Shown here in pieces: positions 20,009 to 30,909 of a stretch of DNA of 64,000 nt. How positions within the stretch are numbered: position 1 is the stretch's first letter; each line of letters opens with the position of its first letter. Source of the DNA: a bacterium. GTDB taxonomy: Bacteria > UBA8248. The DNA lies in the NCBI GenBank assembly GCA_965219955.1, contig OZ244799.1, positions 3,744,001 through 3,808,000 of the forward strand. The letters are read 5' to 3'. The notes under the pieces were generated by a model. The model was not told where the DNA came from, ran no database searches, and was given only the letters and a program-made list of their open reading frames with translations. The position numbers and the translations under genes were made by a program.

Positions 20009-20124
20009 AAAAGGTGATTTCAAAGACGTTTCGATTTCTTCCTCTCCCCCCTCCCGTCTTTTTCTTTTGCAGGATTCGGTTTATGATGAATTTTTTGGGA
20101 AACAATGAGCAGGAGTGACGCAGC

Positions 20125-21219
20125 ATGCCGCAGACGACGCAGATGGTGGACCAGGAAGTTGATTTGGTGGAGTACTACTACGAGCAGGGTTTCTCGGACG
20201 GGCTTCCCGTCGTCCCGCCCACGCCCGAGAAGATAGACGCCGCCGTCTCGGCCCTGGGCGGCGATAAAGACTACATCGAGTGCCGCGTGCCGCCTCGCTG
20301 GGGCAACCTCACGAGAGAGGTTCTGGCGATCAACATGGTGATGGCGGGCTGCAAGGCGGAGTACGCGCCCGTCGTCCGCGCGGCGATGCTCGCGCTTTGC
20401 GACCCCCACTTCAACCTGAACGGCGTGCAGGCCACCACCCACATGGCGTGCCCGCTCATCGTGGTGAACGGGCCGGTTCGCGGCGAGATCGGCATGAACG
20501 CGGGCTGCAACGTGTTCGGCTCGGGCAACCGCGCGAACGCGACGATAGGCCGCGCGGTGCGGATGATGCTCCTGAACGCCGGCGGCGCGTGGCCGGGCGA
20601 CTTGGACAAGAGCACCCTGGGCTGCCCCACGAAATACACCTACTGCATCGCCGAGAACGAAGAGGCCAGCCCCTGGGCGCCCTACCACGTGGAACAGGGC
20701 TACGCGCCCGAGGATTCCACGGTCTTCGCTATCGCCGCCGAGGCGCCCCACAGCGTGACGAACCACATCTCGGATGATCCCGAGGGCATCCTCGACAGCA
20801 TCTGCTCGGCGATGAGCACCATCGCGCATAACAATTCTGTGAGCAGCGGCTCGTGCGCCGTCGTCATCAGCCCCGAGCACGGGGCGACCATCAGCGCGAA
20901 GAACTGGACGCGAAACGACGTGAAGAGCTATCTGTGGATGCACACAAAGAACACGTTCGCCGATATCTCGTTCAACCACCGCTACGGGAAGGTCTACAAC
21001 CGCAACATCCCCAAGTGGTACAGGCGGGAGCCTGACGAGAGAATCCCCATCGTTCCCAGTCCCGAGAACATCCACCTGTTCGTGGCGGGGGGGGAGGCGG
21101 GCCGTTTTTCGGCTTTCATTCCCGGCTGGGGCCACATGACGAACCCGGTGCTGCGCGCAATCGACGGAAGAGCGCTCGAAGGCGGCCCCGTCTGCGTGGA
21201 CGGCACCTGTCTGCTATAG
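20125..21219 (+). CDS. Cys-rich conserved hypothetical protein, partner of the UGSC selenoprotein
   Basis: DGLPVVPPT, NMVMAGC, GNRANATIGRA, AENEEASPW; C-terminal CVDGTCLL; AGGAG SD. Confidence 0.85.
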   Translation: MPQTTQMVDQEVDLVEYYYEQGFSDGLPVVPPTPEKIDAAVSALGGDKDYIECRVPPRWGNLTREVLAINMVMAGCKAEYAPVVRAAMLALCDPHFNLNGVQATTHMACPLIVVNGPVRGEIGMNAGCNVFGSGNRANATIGRAVRMMLLNAGGAWPGDLDKSTLGCPTKYTYCIAENEEASPWAPYHVEQGYAPEDSTVFAIAAEAPHSVTNHISDDPEGILDSICSAMSTIAHNNSVSSGSCAVVISPEHGATISAKNWTRNDVKSYLWMHTKNTFADISFNHRYGKVYNRNIPKWYRREPDERIPIVPSPENIHLFVAGGEAGRFSAFIPGWGHMTNPVLRAIDGRALEGGPVCVDGTCLL

Positions 21220-21247
21220 CGTTTGGAATAGAAACCAGGAGGAAACC

Positions 21248-21790
21248 ATGAGTGACGTCATGACCGGCCAGGTCGTCTACGACCCCAGAGGGGTGGTCGA
21301 GGCCGAGGCGCAACCCACCGCAGAGCGCGTCCGGAATTTGAAGGGTCTCAAACTCGGGGTCCTGGACAACACGAAGTGGAACGGGCGCAGGCTGCTCGAA
21401 AAAACCACGGCGCTGATGGAGGCGGAAGGCCCCTTCGCCGAAGTGCATTACTACAAGAAAGAGAGCTTTTCCAAGAACGCGGCGCCTGAACTGATCGCCC
21501 GGATCGCGGAGGAGAACGACGTCGTCCTGACGGCGATTGGCGACTGAGGCTCCTGCACCTCGTGCTGTATGCACGATGCGGTCTCCCTGGAAGAAAAAGG
21601 GGTGCCCACCGCCGTGGTGGTGACGGAGGTTTTCCTGCACGAAGCCCACGTGCAAAGGGCGGCACTGGGGATGAACGACCTCGACCCCGTGGTTATCCAA
21701 CACCCCCTGAGCACGCTCTCGGATGAGGAAATCTCCGCGCGCGCGGGCGATGCGGCTCGCCAGGCGGTGAAGATTCTGCTCGAAGGCTAG
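21248..21790 (+). CDS. UGSC-family selenoprotein (Sec at codon 100, TGA 21545-21547), 180 aa
   Basis: ORFs 21248-21547 and 21569-21790 are in the same frame and join as DVVLTAIGD-U-GSCTSCCMHDAVSLEEKGVPTAVV; SECIS-like hairpin follows. Confidence 0.9.
21553..21581 (+). promoter_or_regulatory. Putative bacterial SECIS element
   Basis: CUGCA-CC-UCGUGC[UGUAU]GCACGA-UGCGG; the loop begins 18 nt after UGA with G at loop position 2. Confidence 0.7.
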
Positions 21791-21801
21791 TCCGGCTTTT
21801 C

Positions 21802-23034
21802 ATGACGAAGCCATTAGAAGGCATCCGCGTCCTCGACCTGACGCAGTTTCTCTCAGGCCCGCAGGCCACGCTTTTTCTGGCGGGGCTGGGGGCCGAGGTC
21901 ATCCGGATCGACAATCCGGCCACGGGCGACCCGGTGGCCTATTCTCCTCCCTATATCGGCGAGAAGGGCGTCTCCTACCATCCCCAGACGGATGAGGACC
22001 TGGGAATGGCCTACTTGAAGCGCACGCGCGCGAAAAAGGCGATTACCCTGAACATCAAGGACCCCCGGGGTCTCGAGATGTTCTACGGGCTCGTCGATCG
22101 CTCCGACATCCTGGTGGAGAATTTCTCCGTCGGCGTCACGAAAAGGCTTAAAGTTGACTACGAGACGCTTCACGCGCGGAAACCCTCCCTGGTCTACTGC
22201 TCCATCACGGGCTACGGCCAGACGGGGCCGGATGCGGGCCTCAAGGGCTATGACGCCGTCTCACAGGCGGCTTCCGGCCTCATGAACCTCACGGGCTTTC
22301 CCGACGGCCCGCCCACCAAGGCGGGCTCCGCGCTCGGCGACAGCGTGGGCGGCACGTTCGCCTTCGGCGCCATCATGACGGCGCTCTTTCACCGCGAGCG
22401 CACCGGGGAGGGCCAGCAGGTCGACATCTCGATGATCGACTGCATCTTCTCGCTGATCTTCGATGAGCCGATGGATTTTTACGAACAGCTGGGCCTCCCG
22501 CCGCGCATCGGCAACCGCATCATGCGGCTCGCCCCGTTCAACGCCTATGAGACGAAAGACGGCTGGGTCATCATCGCCTCGGGCACCAACGCGCACTGGC
22601 ACAACATCCTGCGCGGCATCGAGCGCCCCGAATTGATCGGCGATGAGCGTTACGAGGACATGAGCCGGCGCGTGAGCAGAGTCGCGGAAGTCGACGCCAT
22701 CATCACCGAATGGACGAAGCGCCGCGAGGCGAAAGAAGCGGTCTCTTCCCTGCGCGCGCACGACGTCATCTGCGGGCCGGTGAATAATATCCACGACATC
22801 CTCGCCTGGCCCCACATGCAGGAACGCGGGATGATAGTCGACATCGAACACCCCACCCTCGGAACGCTCAAGAACGCGAAAGCCCCGGGCTTTCCCTTCA
22901 AGTTCAGTGAAATAAAAGGCGGCTACGCCGCCCCCGCTCCGCTCGTGGGCCAGCACAACGCGGAGATCCTCGGCGGTCTTCTCGGCGTATCGGACGCGGA
23001 ATTGAAAGAGCTGGCGGATGAGGGTGTGGTCTAG
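21802..23034 (+). CDS. Class III CoA-transferase (CaiB/BaiF family)
   Basis: PLEGIRVLDLTQFLSGP, LGAEVIRID, DILVENF, CSITGYGQTGP, GYD, LGD catalytic Asp. Confidence 0.95.
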   Translation: MTKPLEGIRVLDLTQFLSGPQATLFLAGLGAEVIRIDNPATGDPVAYSPPYIGEKGVSYHPQTDEDLGMAYLKRTRAKKAITLNIKDPRGLEMFYGLVDRSDILVENFSVGVTKRLKVDYETLHARKPSLVYCSITGYGQTGPDAGLKGYDAVSQAASGLMNLTGFPDGPPTKAGSALGDSVGGTFAFGAIMTALFHRERTGEGQQVDISMIDCIFSLIFDEPMDFYEQLGLPPRIGNRIMRLAPFNAYETKDGWVIIASGTNAHWHNILRGIERPELIGDERYEDMSRRVSRVAEVDAIITEWTKRREAKEAVSSLRAHDVICGPVNNIHDILAWPHMQERGMIVDIEHPTLGTLKNAKAPGFPFKFSEIKGGYAAPAPLVGQHNAEILGGLLGVSDAELKELADEGVV

Positions 23035-23070
23035 GGGGGCATGAAGAGCGGAGCCTTCGGGTGTTCAGCC

Positions 23071-23862
23071 ATGCGGCATTTTATCTTTCTACTGGTGCCG
23101 GTTTGTTTTCTCTTATCGGGCTGCGCCGCCGGGGTCGACCCCAAGACGCTCGACTTGGCCGATGAGGCGAGCCGCACCTTCGACGCCGCCTACGTCATGC
23201 TCGGGGCAGAGGGCGCGCTCATCGAAGGCAGGATGAGCGACGATTTCGTTCAGCGAAAACTCGCGAGCCTCAAGAAAAAACGCCCCACCGTCGTTTTCGC
23301 GCACGGCTGCACCGGGCTGGGCCGGGGAAACTTGCGCTATATGCGGCTTCTGGCGCGGGCGGGATACGCCGTCATCGCGCCCGACAGCTTCGCCCGCCGC
23401 TATCGTCCCGAAACCTGCGATCCTTCCCGGCGCCGAGGCATAAAGGGAGCGCCGCACCGGCGGGTGGGCCGAATGCGGCAGGAGGAGATCCATCACGCGG
23501 CGTACCGCGTCCGGCGCATTCGGTGGGTGGACCGGAAAAACCTCTTCCTGATGGGACACAGCCAGGGCGGCACCGCGGTCGCCGCTTACGAAGGGGATGG
23601 GTTCAAGGCCCACGTCATCAGTGGTTCCGTATGCTGGCGCGGCGTTCGGTCGCCAAACGGGACGCCCATCCTGGCCTTGTACTCAGAAGACGACCCCTGG
23701 CGGCGGGGCAGGCCTGCCGATTCTTGCCTGCGAAAGGCCAGGGCGCGGGGTGTGAGCATGGCGTTTCATCTCTTCGAGGGCCGGGCGCACAATCTCTCGC
23801 GCAACGAGCAGGCGCGGCGGCTGATTCTCGATTTTCTGAACCGGCACCGCAGAACGGAATAA
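23071..23862 (+). CDS. Dienelactone-hydrolase-family lipoprotein
   Basis: LSGC lipobox, HGCTG, PDSFARR, GHSQGG, GRAHN. Confidence 0.8.
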   Translation: MRHFIFLLVPVCFLLSGCAAGVDPKTLDLADEASRTFDAAYVMLGAEGALIEGRMSDDFVQRKLASLKKKRPTVVFAHGCTGLGRGNLRYMRLLARAGYAVIAPDSFARRYRPETCDPSRRRGIKGAPHRRVGRMRQEEIHHAAYRVRRIRWVDRKNLFLMGHSQGGTAVAAYEGDGFKAHVISGSVCWRGVRSPNGTPILALYSEDDPWRRGRPADSCLRKARARGVSMAFHLFEGRAHNLSRNEQARRLILDFLNRHRRTE

Positions 23863-24001
23863 AATCGCTTCAGGACGCGTCTTGACGTTTCGAGTGTAGT
23901 TGGTTTTCCTGGAACGCTGTTTCACGAGCGGTGCGGCATCGCCCGCGCCCCTGTGGTAGGATTCCCCTTGTCGCGGACTTGAAACCTGGAGGCTCATCTT
24001 C

Positions 24002-24988
24002 ATGCGAATCTGCACTTTCAGCCTGGCGGGCGAGGCGCGCATCGGCGTGTTGTTCGGGGAGAAAATCGCCGATCTCAAGCTGGCCTACGCCCTGTCGCTC
24101 GATGAGGAAACAGCGGCGGAGGCGATGGATCGCGTCGAGGCCGAGGTCCCCGATGATTGCGAGGAGTTCATCGAGGACCTGGAGCTGAACCGTCCTCTCG
24201 CCGAGGAAGCTATTGAGGCGCTCGAAGCGCACGGGAGCAAAAAGGACCCGGTTCGCTTCGACGGCATGCAGGTCGTCTATGAGCACGGTGAAGTCGAGAT
24301 TCTTCCCCCCGTCGTGCCGGACACGCTGTTTTGCATGGCGAGGAACTATGTGGCCCACGCCGCCGAGATGGCGCGCACCGAAGTGGATGATTTCAAGGAA
24401 GAGCTCCCGCTCTACTGTTTCCTGAAGCCCGCCACGTGCGTGAGCGGCCCGTATGAGGACGTGCCCGTCTATCCCTCGATGGAAAAGCTCGATTATGAAC
24501 TCGAACTCGGCGTGCTCATCGGACAGGGCGGCAAGAATATCCCCGTGGACAGGGCCATGGACCACGTGGGCGGCTACACCCTGTTCAACGACATGAGCGA
24601 CCGCACGAGCCTCAACATGGGAAAGTTCATCGACTGGTACGCCATGAAGGCGCCCGACGGCTTCGCCCCCATCGGCCCCTGTATCCTGCTTCCCGAGGAG
24701 GGCCTCGACCCCCACGATTTGAGACTCAAGCTCTGGGTGAACGGCGAACTGAGGCAGGACGCCACCACGGGCGACATGGTCTGGCGGGTCGCCGAGCAGG
24801 TATCGTATCTGTCGGGGATAGCGACCTTGCGGACGGGTGACATCATCGGCACCGGCTCTCCCGCCGGCAACGCCGCCTCGTGGGGGGAATATCTCCAGCC
24901 GGGCGACCTGATAGAGGGCGAAATCGAGGGCATCGGGCGCCAGGCCTTTCGGATCAGGAGCGAAAACCCCGAATATACGCCGGGCTAG
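24002..24988 (+). CDS. Fumarylacetoacetate hydrolase family protein
   Basis: RNYVAH, FLKP, LDYELEL, GYTLFNDMSDR, K..DGFAPIGP, GDIIGTGSPAG. Confidence 0.93.
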   Translation: MRICTFSLAGEARIGVLFGEKIADLKLAYALSLDEETAAEAMDRVEAEVPDDCEEFIEDLELNRPLAEEAIEALEAHGSKKDPVRFDGMQVVYEHGEVEILPPVVPDTLFCMARNYVAHAAEMARTEVDDFKEELPLYCFLKPATCVSGPYEDVPVYPSMEKLDYELELGVLIGQGGKNIPVDRAMDHVGGYTLFNDMSDRTSLNMGKFIDWYAMKAPDGFAPIGPCILLPEEGLDPHDLRLKLWVNGELRQDATTGDMVWRVAEQVSYLSGIATLRTGDIIGTGSPAGNAASWGEYLQPGDLIEGEIEGIGRQAFRIRSENPEYTPG

Positions 24989-25082
24989 TTCTCCCGGCGG
25001 TTGATTCGCACCCGTTTGCGCATTAAGATTTTCGCATCGATCAATGGAATTCCGAATTGCTGAAACCCGAGAGGGGACCCTC

Positions 25083-26450
25083 ATGAATCCAGCCATAGCC
25101 GAAGCCGAATCCCTGCGGACGATGGACAAGGAACACGTCTGGCATCCGCTCATGAACCATTCCGGGATGGAGGAGAATCCCCTCGACGTCGTGGTCAAGG
25201 CCAAAGGCTCGACCATCCAGGACGCCTCCGGCAGGGAATACATCGACGCCATGGCGGGACTCTGGTGCGTGAACATCGGCTACGGGCGCGACGAGGTGGC
25301 CAAGGCGGCGTACGAGCAGATGCTTGAGCTGGCCTACTATCCGCTGACGCAGGTGAATCCCCCCGCGGCCAGGCTCGCCGAGCGGCTGGCGTCCCTGCTG
25401 CCCGAGGGGGTCGAGCGCGTCTGGTTCGTGAACTCGGGTTCTGAAGCCGTGGACACGGCCATCAAGCTGGCCCGCGCCTATGGCCGCCTGAACGGCGGGC
25501 GGCGGTACAAGATCATCGCCCGCCACCAGGGCTATCACGGGGCGACCATCGGAGGCGCCAGCCTCACCGGCCAGACGCTCCGGCGCGCGATGTTCGAGCC
25601 GCTTCTGCCGGGCGTGATTCACGTGAGCGCGCCCTATTTCTACCGAAGCAACGCGGACACCGAGGAAGAACTCGCGCGGCGGTGCGCGGACGAGTTGGAT
25701 GAGGTCATCCGCTACGAAGACCCCGAGACCGTGGCGGCGTTCATCGCGGAGCCCGTCATCGGCGGCGGGGGGGTGATTCCCCCGCCCGCGGATTATTTGA
25801 AGCGCATGCGCGAGGTGTGCCGGAACCACGGCGTGCTGTTCATCGCCGATGAGGTCATCACCGGCTTCGGGCGCACGGGGGAACTCTTCGCCTCCGATCT
25901 GTACGAGATCGAGCCGGACATCATGACGATGGCCAAGGGGCTGAGCAGCGCCTATCTGCCCATCGGGGCGACGGCGACCACGAACGAGATATTCGAAGCC
26001 CTGAACGCCGAGGGAGACTCGGGCTTTCTGCAGATAAACACCTACGGCGGACACCCCGTCGCCTGCGCGGCGTCGCTCAAGAACCTCGAGATCATGATGG
26101 AAGAGGAGTTGCCCGCGCGCGGCGCCAAGGTGGGCGCATATCTCGGCGGGCTTTTGGGGAAACTCTCCGACATCCCCTGCGTGGGCGACGTGCGGGGCGT
26201 GGGCCTCATCTGGGGGGTGGAGTTGATAGAAGAGAGCGGCGCGCCGCTGTCCACGGCGGCCACGGCGAAGGTGCTGGCCTACGCGAAGGAGCAAGGCGTG
26301 ATCTTCGGCAAGAACGCAGGCATCGCCGCCGGCCCTTCGAACACCGTCACCCTCAGCCCGCCGCTGGTCTTGACCGAAGAAGAAGCCGAGCGCGCCGCCT
26401 CCGCTCTCGACACCGCATTGCGCCGCGTCCAGGCTGAGAGCGGCGCCTGA
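25083..26450 (+). CDS. Class III (omega-amino acid type) PLP aminotransferase
   Basis: DAMAGLWCVNIGYG, SGSEA, YHGAT, FIADEVITGFGRTG, MAKGLSS, TYGGHP. Confidence 0.95.
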   Translation: MNPAIAEAESLRTMDKEHVWHPLMNHSGMEENPLDVVVKAKGSTIQDASGREYIDAMAGLWCVNIGYGRDEVAKAAYEQMLELAYYPLTQVNPPAARLAERLASLLPEGVERVWFVNSGSEAVDTAIKLARAYGRLNGGRRYKIIARHQGYHGATIGGASLTGQTLRRAMFEPLLPGVIHVSAPYFYRSNADTEEELARRCADELDEVIRYEDPETVAAFIAEPVIGGGGVIPPPADYLKRMREVCRNHGVLFIADEVITGFGRTGELFASDLYEIEPDIMTMAKGLSSAYLPIGATATTNEIFEALNAEGDSGFLQINTYGGHPVACAASLKNLEIMMEEELPARGAKVGAYLGGLLGKLSDIPCVGDVRGVGLIWGVELIEESGAPLSTAATAKVLAYAKEQGVIFGKNAGIAAGPSNTVTLSPPLVLTEEEAERAASALDTALRRVQAESGA

Positions 26451-26498
26451 TGCGATAGCCGATCACTTATCCCGCACATCATTTCAGGGAGATTTCAT

Positions 26499-27161
26499 AT
26501 GTCCAACATCACCATGCTCGACATCGAGGATCTGAAGAAGACGAAACTCGCTCCTTTCCTCAACAAGGCGCTCAAGCACCGCGCGCCCGACCCCGCCTTT
26601 CACGCCATGCAGGGCCACAACGAGGATCTGGCGAAGTCGATGTACCTCGCCTGGGGCACGGTGTTCAACACCGGCGTGATCGATCACAAGCTCAAGGAGA
26701 TCATCCGCGTCCAGCTCTCGCGCCGCGCCTTTTGCAACTACTGAGGGAACGTGCGCTCTGCTTCGGCGAAGCAGGCCGGCTTGACGGAAGAGATGATAGA
26801 CGAGGGCATCGACAACTGGCGCGAGAGCGAGCTTTTCACCGAGGCCGAAAAGCTGGCGCTCGAATACAGCGAACTCATGGATTCCGAGCCCGAGAAGATC
26901 GACAAGGCCTTCTACGCGAGGCTGCGCGAGCACTACTCGGATGAGGAAATCGTGGAGCTCGGCTCCTTCATCGGCTTCAACGTGGGCTACCACACCTTTT
27001 TCAGAACGCTCGATTTCTACCCCATGTTCACCCCCGACGGCAGGCTGGTGAGCCAGGAGGAATCGCGCCGCATCTACGGCGATTGCCCCGTATCGCACAT
27101 GAGCGGCCCGCTCGAACGCGCGATCGCAGAGGGCGAGGCGCAACGGGCAAACGGAAGTTAG
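26499..27161 (+). CDS. AhpD/carboxymuconolactone-decarboxylase-like selenoprotein, CxxU (Sec at codon 82, TGA 26742-26744), 220 aa
   Basis: ORFs 26499-26744 and 26751-27161 join in frame as LKEIIRVQLSRRAFCNY-U-GNVRS. The joined protein is colinear with the uninterrupted paralogue downstream; SECIS-like hairpin follows. Confidence 0.9.
26757..26775 (+). promoter_or_regulatory. Putative bacterial SECIS element
   Basis: UCUGCUUC[GGC]GAAGCAGG; the loop begins 20 nt after UGA with G first. Confidence 0.7.
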
Positions 27162-27170
27162 GAGGGGACC

Positions 27171-27776
27171 ATGCCGATTATCGATCCGCTCGAACCCGAA
27201 GCGATTGAAGAGAAGAACTGGAAGCGCGTCATGGAGCGCACTGCCGAGACCCACGCGCCCGATGCGCTCTTCTCGCGCATCATGGCCCATGCGCCCGGCT
27301 ACGCCGACGCCCTGCACGACGCGATGCACCGCTCCCACGCCATGGGCGGGGTGGACCACAAGCTCAAGGAGATGGTCCGCATCCAGCTCGCCAGGACCGC
27401 GCAAGACACCTACTTCGCGAACCTTCGCTCCGAGCAGGCGAAAAAAGAGGGCCTGACGGAAGAACGCATCGAGGCCGCCTGCGGGGATTTCGAGAACGAC
27501 CCGCAGTTCACCGAAGCCGAGAAGTGGGCGCTCCGGTTTTCCTACTGGATGTACCGCGACGCCGCGAGGCTCGACAAGGATTTCTACGACGAGGGCAAGA
27601 AGCACTTCACCGAAGCCCAGATCATGGAGATCGGCGCGATGGTGGCGCTTCACTACGGCCTCCAGGTCTTCATGCGCACGCTCAAGGCCTATCCGCTCCA
27701 CGATCCGGAGGGAAACCCGGTGACGCAGGCGCAGTCCGAGCAGATTTACGGGAAAGACGTGCCCCTGCCTTCTTGA
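27171..27776 (+). CDS. AhpD/CMD-like protein lacking the redox residues
   Basis: DHKLKEMVRIQLARTAQDTYFANLRS aligns to the upstream selenoprotein with C->D and U->F; FTEAEK, HFTEAQIMEIG; GGAGG SD. Confidence 0.88.
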   Translation: MPIIDPLEPEAIEEKNWKRVMERTAETHAPDALFSRIMAHAPGYADALHDAMHRSHAMGGVDHKLKEMVRIQLARTAQDTYFANLRSEQAKKEGLTEERIEAACGDFENDPQFTEAEKWALRFSYWMYRDAARLDKDFYDEGKKHFTEAQIMEIGAMVALHYGLQVFMRTLKAYPLHDPEGNPVTQAQSEQIYGKDVPLPS

Positions 27777-27794
27777 GTTTCGCCATCGAGTGAA

Positions 27795-27824
27795 AAGCGC
27801 CCGCCGACCGGCGGGCGTTTTTTT
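27795..27824 (+). terminator. Intrinsic terminator
   Basis: GCGCCCGCC-GACC-GGCGGGCGT followed by a T run. Confidence 0.85.
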
Positions 27825-27866
27825 ATGCGGCTTGAAGTGCCGGATGGCGCACAATTCCGGGGAATC

Positions 27867-28027
27867 GGGACTTGTTGAAAAAGTCCTTCGCGAGGAGGGA
27901 GGGAATCCCGATCATCGAATTGTTTGCCGTAGGGACAGGCCTCCGTGCCTGTCCTGACGAAGGACAACCACGGAGGGTTGTCCCTACAACCGCCAATTCT
28001 CCTTTATCGGACTTTTTCAACAACCCC
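27867..28027. mobile_element. MITE-like element carrying a GTAG-type REP doublet
   Basis: Perfect 15-bp IR TTGTTGAAAAAGTCC / GGACTTTTTCAACAA. The internal 85 bp (GTAGGGACAGGCCTCCGTGCCTGTCC...) is near-identical to 31500-31585. Confidence 0.75.
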
Positions 28028-28054
28028 GACAAGGAGAAGCAGGGGGCAAGCCGA

Positions 28055-28260
28055 GAGCCTGCGCCTCCGCCCGGGTTCGGGTTTTGGCCGTCATTCCGGC
28101 ATGCGCCGGAATGACGATCCAGGGCGAATGACGTGTATGCCTGCAGGGGCCGTTCGCGAACGGCCCTTGCCGGAGGAACGGGCGCTTCACGAAGCGCCCC
28201 TACGGGTTCGTCTCAAAACGTAAGCGATGCGTAGGGGGCGGGTTTTCTCCCGCGCAGGCA
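28055..28260. repeat. REP cluster (CGTC-type and GTAG-type palindromes)
   Basis: CGTCATTCCGGCATGCGCCGGAATGACG; GCAGGGGCCGTTCGCGAACGGCCC...GGGCGCTTCACGAAGCGCCCCTAC; the leader CCTGCGCCTCC...GGGTTTTGG is shared with about 41667. Confidence 0.8.
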
Positions 28261-28586
28261 TCGGCTGTGGAGCCGGACGCCGGGGGCGGCCGGAGCGACT
28301 TGATCGATGCGATGAAGCCGGGTCGCGCCGAACCCGCGAGCATCCTCGTGAAAAAAATTCTTGAATCGCGCCCCTCCCATGCTCTAATATGTCTTCAATA
28401 TAATTGCGGCACACATCGACGGCCCTATCCGGAGGCGTGTATGGTGAACCTCGTTCCGCCTCGCCCGCTGAATACATGGCGCGTCCTGTCCGCCTCTTTT
28501 CCGGCCTATCCACGATGTCCTCGTGCGCAACGCCTCCGAAAACAAAACCGATTTCGAGCGGATTTCACCAGAATTGGAGTGAACTC

Positions 28587-29993
<1,407 letters not shown>

Positions 29994-30060
29994 GGGGAAG
30001 GCTGCGAAGAAGTGATTGATTTACAGGCGTGTCCCCCGCCGGGGTTTTGGGAAAGTTGAG

Positions 30061-30089
30061 AGCGCCCGCCATCCGGCGGGCGCTTTTTT
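30061..30089 (+). terminator. Intrinsic terminator
   Basis: AGCGCCCGCC-ATCC-GGCGGGCGCT followed by a T run. Confidence 0.85.
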
Positions 30090-30152
30090 CGTCAATGAGT
30101 AAAGGAAAATTTCTTTAGCGGATGAGAGGGGCGAACGTAAAGCGGTTTGGCC

Positions 30153-30905
30153 TCACGCCAACCCGAAATACGCCTTGATGCGCCGGGCCGCCTCGTGGGA
30201 GACGCCGCGCATCACCTCGGCCACGCGCTCGGGCGAGGTGTCCTCTATCACGCCGTACCAGCCCGATTCGTACATGTCGCGCACGTCCCTGGGGATGTAG
30301 TAGACCGCCGGGTCGCGCCGGGCCGCGTCGCTCTTCGCTCCGTGGTCCATGGGGGATGCGTCCGTGGCGAGTTCGAGATGTGCGAGCTCGGGCCTGTCGG
30401 CGAGCACGGGGAGGATTTCGAGTTCCCCGCCGTGGGTGAGGCCCACCTCCCCCCCGTAGAGGTTCTTGGCGATGAAGTGCGCGTGAACGATGAGGATCCG
30501 CAAACCCTCGTGCGCGTTCTGGGCGTCTTCGGCCGCTATCTCCATCGCCGGCAGGTTGCGCTCGTGCCAGTTCAGGAACACCATCTTCCTCGCCCCGTGG
30601 CGGTGGAGGCTGCCGACGACGTCGCGCATCAGGTGGATCATCGTCTCCGATCGAAGCGTCACCGTGCCGCCGAAGCCCATGTGCAGGGGGGTGACGCCGA
30701 AGGGGCAGAAATCCACCAGCAATCCGCCGGTGATGGCCGCGACCCGCCTCGCGAAAGACTCCGCCGCGTAGTAGTCCGTACCCATCGGCAGGTGGGCGCC
30801 GTGCTGCTCCACGCTGCCCAGGGGAATGATGGCGAGGCCGGTTTCCTCCAGGATTTTTTCGGCCTCGGGGTTCGTCATCTCCATCAGCGTGCGCGCTTTT
30901 TCCAT
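30153..30905 (-). CDS. Creatininase family amidohydrolase
   Basis: PLGSVEQHGAHLPMGTD, H.GFGGT, NWH..N, HGGELE. Confidence 0.92.
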   Translation of the reverse strand: MEKARTLMEMTNPEAEKILEETGLAIIPLGSVEQHGAHLPMGTDYYAAESFARRVAAITGGLLVDFCPFGVTPLHMGFGGTVTLRSETMIHLMRDVVGSLHRHGARKMVFLNWHERNLPAMEIAAEDAQNAHEGLRILIVHAHFIAKNLYGGEVGLTHGGELEILPVLADRPELAHLELATDASPMDHGAKSDAARRDPAVYYIPRDVRDMYESGWYGVIEDTSPERVAEVMRGVSHEAARRIKAYFGLA

Positions 30906-30909
30906 GACT

